Assembly (NCBI GenBank): GCA_964016885.1
Contig: OZ024744.1
Span: forward strand, 4,154,001 to 4,218,000
Direction of reading: 5' to 3'
Length of the DNA stretch: 64,000 bases
Source: Eledone cirrhosa
Lineage: Eukaryota
The position numbers were made by a program, and so were the translations under genes. Every line of letters begins with the position of its first letter. Within the stretch, counting starts at the first letter, position 1. This document shows positions 24,545 to 38,500 of the stretch, one piece after another. The notes under the pieces were generated by a model, which was not told the origin of the DNA, did no database searches, and saw only the letters and a list, made by a program, of their open reading frames with translations.

Positions 24545-27230
24545 ATATCTTGGTGAAGAAGGAATTTTGACGGAAGACAAGGTAGAGAAAGATAGCTTGC
24601 GAAGAACGAAGTTTTGGGGGAAGACAAGGTAGAGAAAGATAGCTTGGTGAAGAACGAAGTTTTGTGGGAGGACAAGGTAGAGAAAGATAGCTTGGTGAAG
24701 AACGACGTTTTGAGGGAAGACAAGGTAGAGAAAGATAGCTTGGTGAAGAACGAAGTTTTGACGGAAGACAAGGTAGAGAAAGATAGCTTGGTGAAGAATG
24801 ACGTTTTGTGGGAAGACAAGGTAGAGAAAGATAGCTTGGTGAAGAACGAAGTTTTGAGGGAAGACAAGGTAGAGAAAGATAGCTTGGTGAATAACGAAGT
24901 TTTGGGGGAAGACAAGGTCGAAAAAGATAGCTTGGTGAAGAACGAAGTTTTGAGGGAAGACAAGGTAGAGAAAGATAGCTTGGTGAAGAACGAAGTTTTG
25001 GGGGAAGACAAGGTAGAGAAAGATAGCTTGGTGAAGAACGAAGTTTTGAGGGAAGACAAGGTAGAGAAAGATAGCTTGGTGAAGAACGACGTTTTGTGGG
25101 AAGACAAGGTAGAGAAAGATAGCTTGGTGAAGAACGAAGTTTTGTGGGAAGACAAGGTAGAGAAAGATAGCTTGGTGAAGAACGAAGTTTTGGGGGAAGA
25201 CAAGGTAGAGAAAGATAGCTTGGTGAAGAACGAAGTTTTGGGGGAAGACGAGGTACAGAAAGATAGCCTGGTGAACAACGAAGTTTTGGGGGAAGACAAG
25301 GTAGAGAAAGATAGCTTGGTGAAGAACGAAGTTTTGGGGGAAGACAAGGTAGAGAAAGATAGCTTGGTGAAGAACGATGTTTTGGGGGAAGACAAGGTAG
25401 AGAAAGATAGCTTGGTGAAGAACGACGTTTTGAGGGAAGACAAGTTAGAGAAAGATAGCTTGATGAAGAACGAAGTTTTGACGGAAGACAAGGTAGAGAA
25501 AGATAGCTTGGTGAAGAATGACGTTTTGTGGGAAGACAAGGTAGAGAAAGATAGCTTGGTGAAGAACGAAGTTTTGTATGAATACAAGCTAGAGAAAGAT
25601 AGCTTGGTGAAGAACGAAGTTTTAGGGGAAGACAAGGTAGAGAAAGATAGCTTGGTGAAGAACGAAGTTTTGGGGGAAGACAAGGTAGAGAAAGATAGCT
25701 TGGTGAAGAACAAAGTTTTGGGGGAAGACAAGGTAGAGAAAGATAGCTTGGTGAAGAACGAAGTTTTGAGGGAAGACGATGTAGAGAAAGATAGCTTGGT
25801 GAAGAACGAAGTTTTGGGGGAAGACAAGGAAGAGAAAGATAGCTTGGTGAAGAACGAAGTTTTGGGGGAAGACAAGGTAGAGAAAGATATCTTGGTGAAG
25901 AAGGAATTTTGACGGAAGACAAGGTAGAGAAAGATAGCTTGCGAAGAACGAAGTTTTGGGGGAAGACAAGGTAGAGAAAGATAGCTTGGTGAAGAACGAA
26001 GTTTTGTGGGAGGACAAGGTAGAGAAAGATAGCTTGGTGAAGAACGACGTTTTGAGGGAAGACAAGGTAGAGAAAGATAGCTTGGTGAAGAACGAAGTTT
26101 TGACGGAAGTCAAGGTAGAGAAAGATAGCTTGGTGAAGAATGACGTTTTGTGGGAAGACAAGGTAGAGAAAGATAGCTTGGTGAAGAACGAAGTTTTGAG
26201 GGAAGACAAGGTAGAGAAAGATAGCTTGGTGAATAACGAAGTTTTGGGGGAAGACAAGGTCGAAAAAGATAGCTTGGTGAAGAACGAAGTTTTGAGGGAA
26301 GACAAGGTAGAGAAAGATAGCTTGGTGAAGAACGAAGTTTTGGGGGAAGACAAGGTAGAGAAAGATAGCTTGGTGAAGAACGAAGTTTTGAGGGAAGACA
26401 AGGTAGAGAAAGATAGCTTGGTGAAGAACGACGTTTTGTGGGAAGACAAGGTAGAGAAAGATAGCTTGGTGAAGAACGAAGTTTTGTGGGAAGACAAGGT
26501 AGAGAAAGATAGCTTGGTGAAGAACGAAGTTTTGGGGGAAGACAAGGTAGAGAAAGATAGCTTGGTGAAGAACGAAGTTTTGGGGGAAGACGAGGTACAG
26601 AAAGATAGCCTGGTGAACAACGAAGTTTTGGGGGAAGACAAGGTAGAGAAAGATAGCTTGGTGAAGAACGAAGTTTTGGGGGAAGACAAGGTAGAGAAAG
26701 ATAGCTTGGTGAAGAACGATGTTTTGGGGGAAGACAAGGTAGAGAAAGATAGCTTGGTGAAGAACGACGTTTTGAGGGAAGACAAGTTAGAGAAAGATAG
26801 CTTGATGAAGAACGAAGTTTTGACGGAAGACAAGGTAGAGAAAGATAGCTTGGTGAAGAATGACGTTTTGTGGGAAGACAAGGTAGAGAAAGATAGCTTG
26901 GTGAAGAACGAAGTTTTGTATGAATACAAGCTAGAGAAAGATAGCTTGGTGAAGAACGAAGTTTTAGGGGAAGACAAGGTAGAGAAAGATAGCTTGGTGA
27001 AGAACGAAGTTTTGGGGGAAGACAAGGTAGAGAAAGATAGCTTGGTGAAGAACAAAGTTTTGGGGGAAGACAAGGTAGAGAAAGATAGCTTGGTGAAGAA
27101 CGAAGTTTTGAGGGAAGACGAGGTAGAGAAAGATAGCTTGGTGAAGAACGAAGTTTTGGGGGAAGACAAGGAAGAGAAAGATAGCTTGGTGAAGAACGAA
27201 GTTTTGGGGGAAGACAAGGTAGAGAAAGAT
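24545..27230 (+). repeat. Tandem 28-monomer (1342 bp) duplication
   Basis: ORFs 24614/25956; rare GAATACAAG variant at ~25580/26922; TTGATG at ~25460/26802. Confidence 0.9.
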
Positions 27231-30200
27231 AGCTTGGTGAAGAACGACGTTTTGAGGGAAGACAAGGTCGTGAAAGATAGCTTGGTGAAGAACGAAGTTT
27301 TGGGGAAGACAATGTAGAGAAAGATAGCTTGGTGAAGAACGAAGTTTTGTGTGAAGACAAGCTAGAGAAAGATAGCTTGGTGAAGAACGAAGTTTTGAGG
27401 GAAGACAAGGTAGAGAAAGATAGCTTGGTGAATAACGAAGTTTTGGGAGAAGACAAGGTAGAGAAAGATAGCTTGGTGAAGAACGAAGTTTTGGGGGAAG
27501 ACAAGGTAGAGAAAGATAGCTTGGTGAAGAACGAAGTTTTGAGGGAAGACAAGGTAGCGAAAGATAGCTTGGTGAATAACGAAGTTTTGGGGGAAGACAA
27601 GGTAGAGAAAGATAGCTTGGTGAAGAACGAAATTTTGAGGGAAGACAAGGTAGAGAAAGATAGCTTGGTGAAGAACGACGTTTTGAGGGAAGACAAAATA
27701 GAGAAAGATAGCTTGGTGAAGAACGACGTTTTGTGGGATGACAAGGTAGAGAAAGATGACTTAGTGAAGAACGAAGTTTTGGGGGAAGACAAGGTAGAGA
27801 AAGATAGCTTGGTAAATAACGAAGTTTTGGGAGAAGACAAGGTAGAGAAAGATAGCTTGGTGAAGAACGACGTTTTGAGGGAAGACAAGGTAGAGAAAGA
27901 TAGCTTGGTGAAGAACGAAGTTTTGAGGGAAGACAAGGTAGCGAAAGATAGCTTGGTGAATAACGAAGTTTTGGGGGAAGACAAGGTAGAGAAAGATAGC
28001 TTGGTGAATAACGAAGTTTTGGGGGAAGACAAGGTAGAGAAAGATAGCTTGGTGAAGAACGAAGTTCTGAGGGAAGACAAGGTAGAGAAAGATAGCTTGG
28101 TGAAGAACGACGTTTTGTGGGAAGACAAGGTAGAGAAAGATATCTTGGTGAAGAAGGAATTTTGACGGAAGACAAGGTAGAGAAAGATAGCTTGCGAAGA
28201 ACGAAGTTTTGGGGGAAGACAAGGTAGAGAAAGATAGCTTGGTGAAGAACGAAGTTTTGTGGGAGGACAAGGTAGAGAAAGATAGCTTGGTGAAGAACGA
28301 CGTTTTGAGGGAAGACAAGGTAGAGAAAGATAGCTTGGTGAAGAACGAAGTTTTGACGGAAGACAAGGTAGAGAAAGATAGCTTGGTGAAGAATGACGTT
28401 TTGTGGGAAGACAAGGTAGAGAAAGATAGCTTGGTGAAGAACGAAGTTTTGAGGGAAGACAAGGTAGAGAAAGATAGCTTGGTGAATAACGAAGTTTTGG
28501 GGGAAGACAAGGTAGAGAAAGATAGCTTGGTGAAGAACGAAGTTTTGTGGGAAGACAAGGTAGAGAAAGATAGCTTGGTGAAGAACGAAGTTTTGGGGGA
28601 AGACAAGGTAGAGAAAGATAGCTTGGTGAAGAACGAAGTTTTGGGGGAAGACGAGGTACAGAAAGATAGCCTGGTGAACAACGAAGTTTTGGGGGAAGAC
28701 AAGGTAGAGAAAGATAGCTTGGTGAAGAACGAAGTTTTGGGGGAAGACAAGGTAGAGAAAGATAGCTTGGTGAAGAACGATGTTTTGGGGGAAGACAAGG
28801 TAGAGAAAGATAGCTTGGTGAAGAACGACGTTTTGAGGGAAGACAAGTTAGAGAAAGATAGCTTGATGAAGAACGAAGTTTTGACGGAAGACAAGGTAGA
28901 GAAAGATAGCTTGGTGAAGAATGACGTTTTGTGGGAAGACAAGGTAGAGAAAGATAGCTTGGTGAAGAACGAAGTTTTGTATGAAGACAAGCTAGAGAAA
29001 GATAGCTTGGTGAAGAACGAAGTTTTAGGGGAAGACAAGGTAGAGAAAGATAGCTTGGTGAAGAACGAAGTTTTGGGGGAAGACAAGGTAGAGAAAGATA
29101 GCTTGGTGAAGAACAAAGTTTTGGGGGAAGACAAGGTAGAGAAAGATAGCTTGGTGAAGAACGAAGTTTTGAGGGAAGACGAGGTAGAGAAAGATAGCTT
29201 GGTGAAGAACGAAGTTTTGGGGGAAGACAAGGAAGAGAAAGATAGCTTGGTGAAGAACGAAGTTTTGGGGGAAGACAAGGTAGAGAAAGATAGCTTGGTG
29301 AAGAACGACGTTTTGAGGGAAGACAAGGTCGTGAAAGATAGCTTGGTGAAGAACGAAGTTTTGGGGAAGACAATGTAGAGAAAGATAGCTTGGTGAAGAA
29401 CGAAGTTTTGTGTGAAGACAAGCTAGAGAAAGATAGCTTGGTGAAGAACGAAGTTTTGAGGGAAGACAAGGTAGAGAAAGATAGCTTGGTGAATAACGAA
29501 GTTTTGGGAGAAGACAAGGTAGAGAAAGATAGCTTGGTGAAGAACGAAGTTTTGGGGGAAGACAAGGTAGAGAAAGATAGCTTGGTGAAGAACGAAGTTT
29601 TGAGGGAAGACAAGGTAGCGAAAGATAGCTTGGTGAATAACGAAGTTTTGGGGGAAGACAAGGTAGAGAAAGATAGCTTGGTGAATAACGAAGTTTTGGG
29701 AGAAGACAAGGTCGAGAAAGATAGCTTGGTGAAGAACGAAATTTTGAGGGAAGACAAGGTAGAGAAAGATAGCTTGGTGAAGAACGACGTTTTGAGGGAA
29801 GACAAAATAGAGAAAGATAGCTTGGTGAAGAACGACGTTTTGTGGGATGACAAGGTAGAGAAAGATGACTTAGTGAAGAACGAAGTTTTGGGGGAAGACA
29901 AGGTAGATAAAGATAGCTTGGTGAAGAATGACGTTTTGTGGGAAGACAAGGTAGAGAAAGATAGCTTGGTGAAGAACGAAGTTTTGGGAGGAGACAAGGT
30001 AGAGAAAGATATCTTGGTGAAGAACGAAGTTTTGACGGAAGACAAGGTAGAGAAAGATAGCTTGGTGAAGAATGACGTTTTGTGGGAAGACAAGGTAGAG
30101 AAAGATAGCTTGGTGAAGAACGAAGTTTTGTGTGAAGACAAGCTAGAGAAAGATAGCTTGGTGAAGAACGAAGTTTTGAGGGAAGACAAGGTAGAGAAAG

Positions 30201-33079
30201 ATAGCTTGGTGAATAACGAAGTTTTGGGAGAAGACAAGGTAGAGAAAGATAGCTTGGTGAAGAACGAAGTTTTGGGGGAAGACAAGGTAGAGAAAGATAG
30301 CTTGGTGAAGAACGAAGTTTTGAGGGAAGACAAGGTAGCGAAAGATAGCTTGGTGAATAACGAAGTTTTGGGGGAAGACAAGGTAGAGAAAGATAGCTTG
30401 GTGAATAACGAAGTTTTGGGAGAAGACAAGGTCGAGAAAGATAGCTTGGTGAAGAACGAAATTTTGAGGGAAGACAAGGTAGAGAAAGATAGCTTGGTGA
30501 AGAACGACGTGTTGAGGGAAGACAAAATAGAGAAAGATAGCTTGGTGAAGAACGACGTTTTGTGGGATGACAAGGTAGAGAAAGATGACTTAGTGAAGAA
30601 CGAAGTTTTGGGGGAAGACAAGGTAGAGAAAGATAGCTTGGTGAATAACGAAGTTTTGGGAGAAGACAAGGTAGAGAAAGATAGCTTGGTGAAGAACGAC
30701 GTTTTGAGGGAAGACAAGGTAGAGAAAGATAGCTTGGTGAAGAACGAAGTTTTGAGGGAAGACAAGGTAGCGAAAGATAGCTTGGTGAATAACGAAGTTT
30801 TGGGGGAAGACAAGGTAGAGAAAGATAGCTTGGTGAATAACGAAGTTTTGGGGGAAGACAAGGTAGAGAAAGATAGCTTGGTGAAGAACGAAGTTCTGAG
30901 GGAAGACAAGGTAGAGAAAGATAGCTTGGTGAAGAACGACGTTTTGTGGGAAGACAAGGTAGAGAAAGATATCTTGGTGAAGAAGGAATTTTGACGGAAG
31001 ACAAGGTAGAGAAAGATAGCTTGCGAAGAACGAAGTTTTGGGGGAAGACAAGGTAGAGAAAGATAGTTTGGTGAAGAACGAAGTTTTGTGGGAGGACAAG
31101 GTAGAGAAAGATAGCTTGGTGAAGAACGACGTTTTGAGGGAAGACAAGGTAGAGAAAGATAGCTTGGTGAAGAACGAAGTTTTGACGGAAGACAAGGTAG
31201 AGAAAGATAGCTTGGTGAAGAATGACGTTTTGTGGGAAGACAAGGTAGAGAAAGATAGCTTGGTGAAGAACGAAGTTTTGAGGGAAGACAAGGTAGAGAA
31301 AGATAGCTTGGTGAATAACGAAGTTTTGGGGGAAGACAAGGTCGAAAAAGATAGCTTGGTGAAGAACGAAGTTTTGAGGGAAGACAAGGTAGAGAAAGAT
31401 AGCTTGGTGAAGAACGAAGTTTTGGGGGAAGACAAGGTAGAGAAAGATAGCTTGGTGAAGAACGAAGTTTTGAGGGAAGACAAGGTAGAGAAAGATAGCT
31501 TGGTGAAGAACGACGTTTTGTGGGAAGACAAGGTAGAGAAAGATAGCTTGGTGAAGAACGAAGTTTTGTGGGAAGACAAGGTAGAGAAAGATAGCTTGGT
31601 GAAGAACGAAGTTTTGGGGGAAGACAAGGTAGAGAAAGATAGCTTGGTGAAGAACGAAGTTTTGGGGGAAGACGAGGTACAGAAAGATAGCCTGGTGAAC
31701 AACGAAGTTTTGGGGGAAGACAAGGTAGAGAAAGATAGCTTGGTGAAGAACGAAGTTTTGGGGGAAGACAAGGTAGAGAAAGATAGCTTGGTGAAGAACG
31801 ATGTTTTGGGGGAAGACAAGGTAGAGAAAGATAGCTTGGTGAAGAACGACGTTTTGATGGAAGACAAGTTAGAGAAAGATAGCTTGGTGAAGAACGAAGT
31901 TTTGACGGAAGACAAGGTAGAGAAAGATAGCTTGGTGAAGAATGACGTTTTGTGGGAAGACAAGGTAGAGAAAGATAGCTTGGTGAAGAACGAAGTTTTG
32001 TATGAAGACAAGCTAGAGAAAGATAGCTTGGTGAAGAACGAAGTTTTAGGGGAAGACAAGGTAGAGAAAGATAGCTTGGTGAAGAACGAAGTTTTGGGGG
32101 AAGACAAGGTAGAGAAAGATAGCTTGGTGAAGAACAAAGTTTTGGGGGAAGACAAGGTAGAGAAAGATAGCTTGGTGAAGAACGAAGTTTTGAGGGAAGA
32201 CGAGGTAGAGAAAGATAGCTTGGTGAAGAACGAAGTTTTGGGGGAAGACAAGGAAGAGAAAGATAGCTTGGTGAAGAACGAAGTTTTGGGGGAAGACAAG
32301 GTAGAGAAAGATAGCTTGGTGAAGAACGACGTTTCGAGGGAAGACAAGGTCGTGAAAGATAGCTTGGTGAAGAACGAAGTTTTGGGGAAGACAATGTAGA
32401 GAAAGATAGCTTGGTGAAGAACGAAGTTTTGGGGGAAGACAAGGTAGAGAAAGATAGCTTGGTGAAGAACGAAGTTCTGAGGGAAGACAAGGTAGAGAAA
32501 GATAGCTTGGTGAAGAACGAAGTTTTGGGAGAAGACAAGGTAGAGAAAGATATCTTGGTGAAGAACGAAGTTTTGACGGAAGACAAGGTAGAGAAAGATA
32601 GCTTGGTGAAGAATGACGTTTTGTGGGAAGACAAGGTAGAGAAAGATAGCTTGGTGAAGAACGAAGTTTTGTGTGAAGACAAGCTAGAGAAAGATAGCTT
32701 GGTGAAGAACGAAGTTTTGAGGGAAGACAAGGTAGAGAAAGATAGCTTGGTGAATAACGAAGTTTTGGGAGAAGACAAGGTAGAGAAAGATAGCTTGGTG
32801 AAGAACGAAGTTTTGGGGGAAGACAAGGTAGAGAAAGATAGCTTGGTGAAGAACGAAGTTTTGAGGGAAGACGAGGTAGAGAAAGATAGCTTGGTGAAGA
32901 ACGAAGTTTTGGGGGAAGACAAGGAAGAGAAAGATAGCTTGGTGAAGAACGAAGTTTTGGGGGAAGACAAGGTAGAGAAAGATAGCTTGGTGAAGAACGA
33001 CGTTTTGAGGGAAGACAAGGTCGTGAAAGATAGCTTGGTGAAGAACGAAGTTTTGGGGAAGACAATGTAGAGAAAGATA

Positions 33080-34720
33080 GCTTGGTGAAGAACGAAGTTT
33101 TGTGTGAAGACAAGCTAGAGAAAGATAGCTTGGTGAAGAACGAAGTTTTGAGGGAAGACAAGGTAGAGAAAGATAGCTTGGTGAATAACGAAGTTTTGGG
33201 AGAAGACAAGGTAGAGAAAGATAGCTTGGTGAAGAACGAAGTTTTGGGGGAAGACAAGGTAGAGAAAGATAGCTTGGTGAAGAACGAAGTTTTGAGGGAA
33301 GACAAGGTAGCGAAAGATAGCTTGGTGAATAACGAAGTTTTGGGGCAAGACAAGGTAGAGAAAGATAGCTTGGTGAATAACGAAGTTTTGGGAGAAGACA
33401 AGGTCGAGAAAGATAGCTTGGTGAAGAACGAAATTTTGAGGGAAGACAAGGTAGAGAAAGATAGCTTGGTGAAGAACGACGTTTTGAGGGAAGACAAAAT
33501 AGAGAAAGATAGCTTGGTGAAGAACGACGTTTTGTGGGATGACAAGGTAGAGAAAGATGACTTAGTGAAGAACGAAGTTTTGGGGGAAGACAAGGTAGAT
33601 AAAGATAGCTTGGTGAAGAATGACGTTTTGTGGGATGACAAGGTAGAGAAAGATGACTTAGTGAAGAACGAAGTTTTGGGGGAAGACAAGGTAGATAAAG
33701 ATAGCTTGGTGAAGAATGACGTTTTGTGGGAAGACAAGGTAGAGAAAGATAGCTTGGTGAAGAACGAAGTTTTGGGAGGAGACAAGGTAGAGAAAGATAT
33801 CTTGGTGAAGAACGAAGTTTTGACGGAAGACAAGGTAGAGAAAGATAGCTTGGTGAAGAATGACGTTTTGTGGGAAGACAATGTAGAGAAAGATAGCTTG
33901 GTGAAGAACGAAGTTTTGTGTGAAGACAAGCTAGAGAAAGATAGCTTGGTGAAGAACGAAGTTTTGAGGGAAGACAAGGTAGAGAAAGATAGCTTGGTGA
34001 ATAACGAAGTTTTGGGAGAAGACAAGGTAGAGAAAGATAGCTTGGTGAAGAACGAAGTTTTGGGGGAAGACAAGGTAGAGAAAGATAGCTTGGTGAAGAA
34101 CGAAGTTTTGAGGGAAGACAAGGTAGCGAAAGATAGCTTGGTGAATAACGAAGTTTTGGGGCAAGACAAGGTAGAGAAAGATAGCTTGGTGAATAACGAA
34201 GTTTTGGGAGAAGACAAGGTCGAGAAAGATAGCTTGGTGAAGAACGAAATTTTGAGGGAAGACAAGGTAGAGAAAGATAGCTTGGTGAAGAACGACGTTT
34301 TGAGGGAAGACAAAATAGAGAAAGATAGCTTGGTGAAGAACGACGTTTTGTGGGATGACAAGGTAGAGAAAGATGACTTAGTGAAGAACGAAGTTTTGGG
34401 GGAAGACAAGGTAGATAAAGATAGCTTGGTGAAGAATGACGTTTTGTGGGATGACAAGGTAGAGAAAGATGACTTAGTGAAGAACGAAGTTTTGGGGGAA
34501 GACAAGGTAGATAAAGATAGCTTGGTGAAGAATGACGTTTTGTGGGAAGACAAGGTAGAGAAAGATAGCTTGGTGAAGAACGAAGTTTTGGGAGGAGACA
34601 AGGTAGAGAAAGATATCTTGGTGAAGAACGAAGTTTTGACGGAAGACAAGGTAGAGAAAGATAGCTTGGTGAAGAATGACGTTTTGTGGGAAGACAAGGT
34701 AGAGAAAGATAGCTTGGTGA
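33080..34720 (+). repeat. Tandem 17-monomer (816 bp) duplication, each copy containing a 96-bp dimer duplication
   Basis: GGGCAAGAC at ~33343/34159; identical minus-strand ORFs 33115/33931; TGGGATGAC..GACTTA..GATAAA dimer doubled at ~33530-33710 and ~34345-34525. Confidence 0.88.
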
Positions 34721-35598
34721 AGAACGAAGTTTTGTGTGAAGACAAGCTAGAGAAAGATAGCTTGGTGAAGAACGAAGTTTTGAGGGAAGACAAGGTAGAG
34801 AAAGATAGCTTGGTGAATAACGAAGTTTTGGGAGAAGACAAGGTAGAGAAAGATAGCTTGGTGAAGAACGAAGTTTTGGGGGAAGACAAGGTAGAGAAAG
34901 ATAGCTTGGTGAAGAACGAAGTTTTGAGGGAAGACAAGGTAGCGAAAGATAGCTTGGTGAATAACGAAGTTTTGGGGGAAGACAAGGTAGAGAAAGATAG
35001 CTTGGTGAATAACGAAGTTTTGGGAGAAGACAAGGTCGAGAAAGATAGCTTGGTGAAGAACGAAATTTTGAGGGAAGACAAGGTAGAGAAAGATAGCTTG
35101 GTGAAGAACGACGTGTTGAGGGAAGACAAAATAGAGAAAGATAGCTTGGTGAAGAACGACGTTTTGTGGGATGACAAGGTAGAGAAAGATGACTTAGTGA
35201 AGAACGAAGTTTTGGGGGAAGACAAGGTAGAGAAAGATAGCTTGGTGAATAACGAAGTTTTGGGAGAAGACAAGGTAGAGAAAGATAGCTTGGTGAAGAA
35301 CGACGTTTTGAGGGAAGACAAGGTAGAGAAAGATAGCTTGGTGAAGAACGAAGTTTTGAGGGAAGACAAGGTAGCGAAAGATAGCTTGGTGAATAACGAA
35401 GTTTTGGGGGAAGACAAGGTAGAGAAAGATAGCTTGGTGAATAACGAAGTTTTGGGGGAAGACAAGGTAGAGAAAGATAGCTTGGTGAAGAACGAAGTTC
35501 TGAGGGAAGACAAGGTAGAGAAAGATAGCTTGGTGAAGAACGACGTTTTGTGGGAAGACAAGGTAGAGAAAGATATCTTGGTGAAGAAGGAATTTTGA
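33082..35598 (+). other. Longest + strand open stretch (838 aa of the 16-aa repeat VKNEVLGEDKVEKDSL); probably not a functional CDS
   Basis: It starts at a repeat-internal TTG, has no unique N- or C-terminus and is bounded by -1 indel monomers. Confidence refers to it being translated. Confidence 0.08.
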
Positions 35599-38500
35599 CG
35601 GAAGACAAGGTAGAGAAAGATAGCTTGCGAAGAACGAAGTTTTGGGGGAAGACAAGGTAGAGAAAGATAGTTTGGTGAAGAACGAAGTTTTGTGGGAGGA
35701 CAAGGTAGAGAAAGATAGCTTGGTGAAGAACGACGTTTTGAGGGAAGACAAGGTAGAGAAAGATAGCTTGGTGAAGAACGAAGTTTTGACGGAAGACAAG
35801 GTAGAGAAAGATAGCTTGGTGAAGAATGACGTTTTGTGGGAAGACAAGGTAGAGAAAGATAGCTTGGTGAAGAACGAAGTTTTGAGGGAAGACAAGGTAG
35901 AGAAAGATAGCTTGGTGAATAACGAAGTTTTGGGGGAAGACAAGGTCGAAAAAGATAGCTTGGTGAAGAACGAAGTTTTGAGGGAAGACAAGGTAGAGAA
36001 AGATAGCTTGGTGAAGAACGAAGTTTTGGGGGAAGACAAGGTAGAGAAAGATAGCTTGGTGAAGAACGAAGTTTTGAGGGAAGACAAGGTAGAGAAAGAT
36101 AGCTTGGTGAAGAACGACGTTTTGTGGGAAGACAAGGTAGAGAAAGATAGCTTGGTGAAGAACGAAGTTTTGTGGGAAGACAAGGTAGAGAAAGATAGCT
36201 TGGTGAAGAACGAAGTTTTGGGGGAAGACAAGGTAGAGAAAGATAGCTTGGTGAAGAACGAAGTTTTGGGGGAAGACGAGGTACAGAAAGATAGCCTGGT
36301 GAACAACGAAGTTTTGGGGGAAGACAAGGTAGAGAAAGATAGCTTGGTGAAGAACGAAGTTTTGGGGGAAGACAAGGTAGAGAAAGATAGCTTGGTGAAG
36401 AACGATGTTTTGGGGGAAGACAAGGTAGAGAAAGATAGCTTGGTGAAGAACGACGTTTTGATGGAAGACAAGTTAGAGAAAGATAGCTTGGTGAAGAACG
36501 AAGTTTTGACGGAAGACAAGGTAGAGAAAGATAGCTTGGTGAAGAATGACGTTTTGTGGGAAGACAAGGTAGAGAAAGATAGCTTGGTGAAGAACGAAGT
36601 TTTGTATGAAGACAAGCTAGAGAAAGATAGCTTGGTGAAGAACGAAGTTTTAGGGGAAGACAAGGTAGAGAAAGATAGCTTGGTGAAGAACGAAGTTTTG
36701 GGGGAAGACAAGGTAGAGAAAGATAGCTTGGTGAAGAACAAAGTTTTGGGGGAAGACAAGGTAGAGAAAGATAGCTTGGTGAAGAACGAAGTTTTGAGGG
36801 AAGACGAGGTAGAGAAAGATAGCTTGGTGAAGAACGAAGTTTTGGGGGAAGACAAGGAAGAGAAAGATAGCTTGGTGAAGAACGAAGTTTTGGGGGAAGA
36901 CAAGGTAGAGAAAGATAGCTTGGTGAAGAACGACGTTTCGAGGGAAGACAAGGTCGTGAAAGATAGCTTGGTGAAGAACGAAGTTTTGGGGAAGACAATG
37001 TAGAGAAAGATAGCTTGGTGAAGAACGAAGTTTTGGGGGAAGACAAGGTAGAGAAAGATAGCTTGGTGAAGAACGAAGTTCTGAGGGAAGACAAGGTAGA
37101 GAAAGATAGCTTGGTGAAGAACGAAGTTTTGGGAGAAGACAAGGTAGAGAAAGATATCTTGGTGAAGAACGAAGTTTTGACGGAAGACAAGGTAGAGAAA
37201 GATAGCTTGGTGAAGAATGACGTTTTGTGGGAAGACAAGGTAGAGAAAGATAGCTTGGTGAAGAACGAAGTTTTGTGTGAAGACAAGCTAGAGAAAGATA
37301 GCTTGGTGAAGAACGAAGTTTTGAGGGAAGACAAGGTAGAGAAAGATAGCTTGGTGAATAACGAAGTTTTGGGAGAAGACAAGGTAGAGAAAGATAGCTT
37401 GGTGAAGAACGAAGTTTTGGGGGAAGACAAGGTAGAGAAAGATAGCTTGGTGAAGAACGAAGTTTTGAGGGAAGACGAGGTAGAGAAAGATAGCTTGGTG
37501 AAGAACGAAGTTTTGGGGGAAGACAAGGAAGAGAAAGATAGCTTGGTGAAGAACGAAGTTTTGGGGGAAGACAAGGTAGAGAAAGATAGCTTGGTGAAGA
37601 ACGACGTTTTGAGGGAAGACAAGGTCGTGAAAGATAGCTTGGTGAAGAACGAAGTTTTGGGGAAGACAATGTAGAGAAAGATAGCTTGGTGAAGAACGAA
37701 GTTTTGTGTGAAGACAAGCTAGAGAAAGATAGCTTGGTGAAGAACGAAGTTTTGAGGGAAGACAAGGTAGAGAAAGATAGCTTGGTGAATAACGAAGTTT
37801 TGGGAGAAGACAAGGTAGAGAAAGATAGCTTGGTGAAGAACGAAGTTTTGGGGGAAGACAAGGTAGAGAAAGATAGCTTGGTGAAGAACGAAGTTTTGAG
37901 GGAAGACAAGGTAGCGAAAGATAGCTTGGTGAATAACGAAGTTTTGGGGCAAGACAAGGTAGAGAAAGATAGCTTGGTGAATAACGAAGTTTTGGGAGAA
38001 GACAAGGTCGAGAAAGATAGCTTGGTGAAGAACGAAATTTTGAGGGAAGACAAGGTAGAGAAAGATAGCTTGGTGAAGAACGACGTTTTGAGGGAAGACA
38101 AAATAGAGAAAGATAGCTTGGTGAAGAACGACGTTTTGTGGGATGACAAGGTAGAGAAAGATGACTTAGTGAAGAACGAAGTTTTGGGGGAAGACAAGGT
38201 AGATAAAGATAGCTTGGTGAAGAATGACGTTTTGTGGGAAGACAAGGTAGAGAAAGATAGCTTGGTGAAGAAGGAAGTTTTGGGAGGAGACAAGGTAGAG
38301 AAAGATATCTTGGTGAAGAACGAAGTTTTGACGGAAGACAAGGTAGAGAAAGATAGCTTGGTGAAGAATGACGTTTTGTGGGAAGACAAGGTAGAGAAAG
38401 ATATCTTGGTGAAGAAGGAATTTTGACGGAAGACAAGGTAGAGAAAGATAGCTTGCGAAGAACGAAGTTTTGGGGGAAGACAAGGTAGAGAAAGATAGCT

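Larger units (their letters stand above)
29840..38230 (+). repeat. HOR duplication: ~29840-33630 repeated at ~34440-38230 (offset 4604 = 96 monomers minus 4 nt)
   Basis: ORFs 31038/35642, 32411/37015, 33082/37686; private GATAGTTTG at ~31062/35666 and GACGTGTTG at ~30506/35110. Confidence 0.9.
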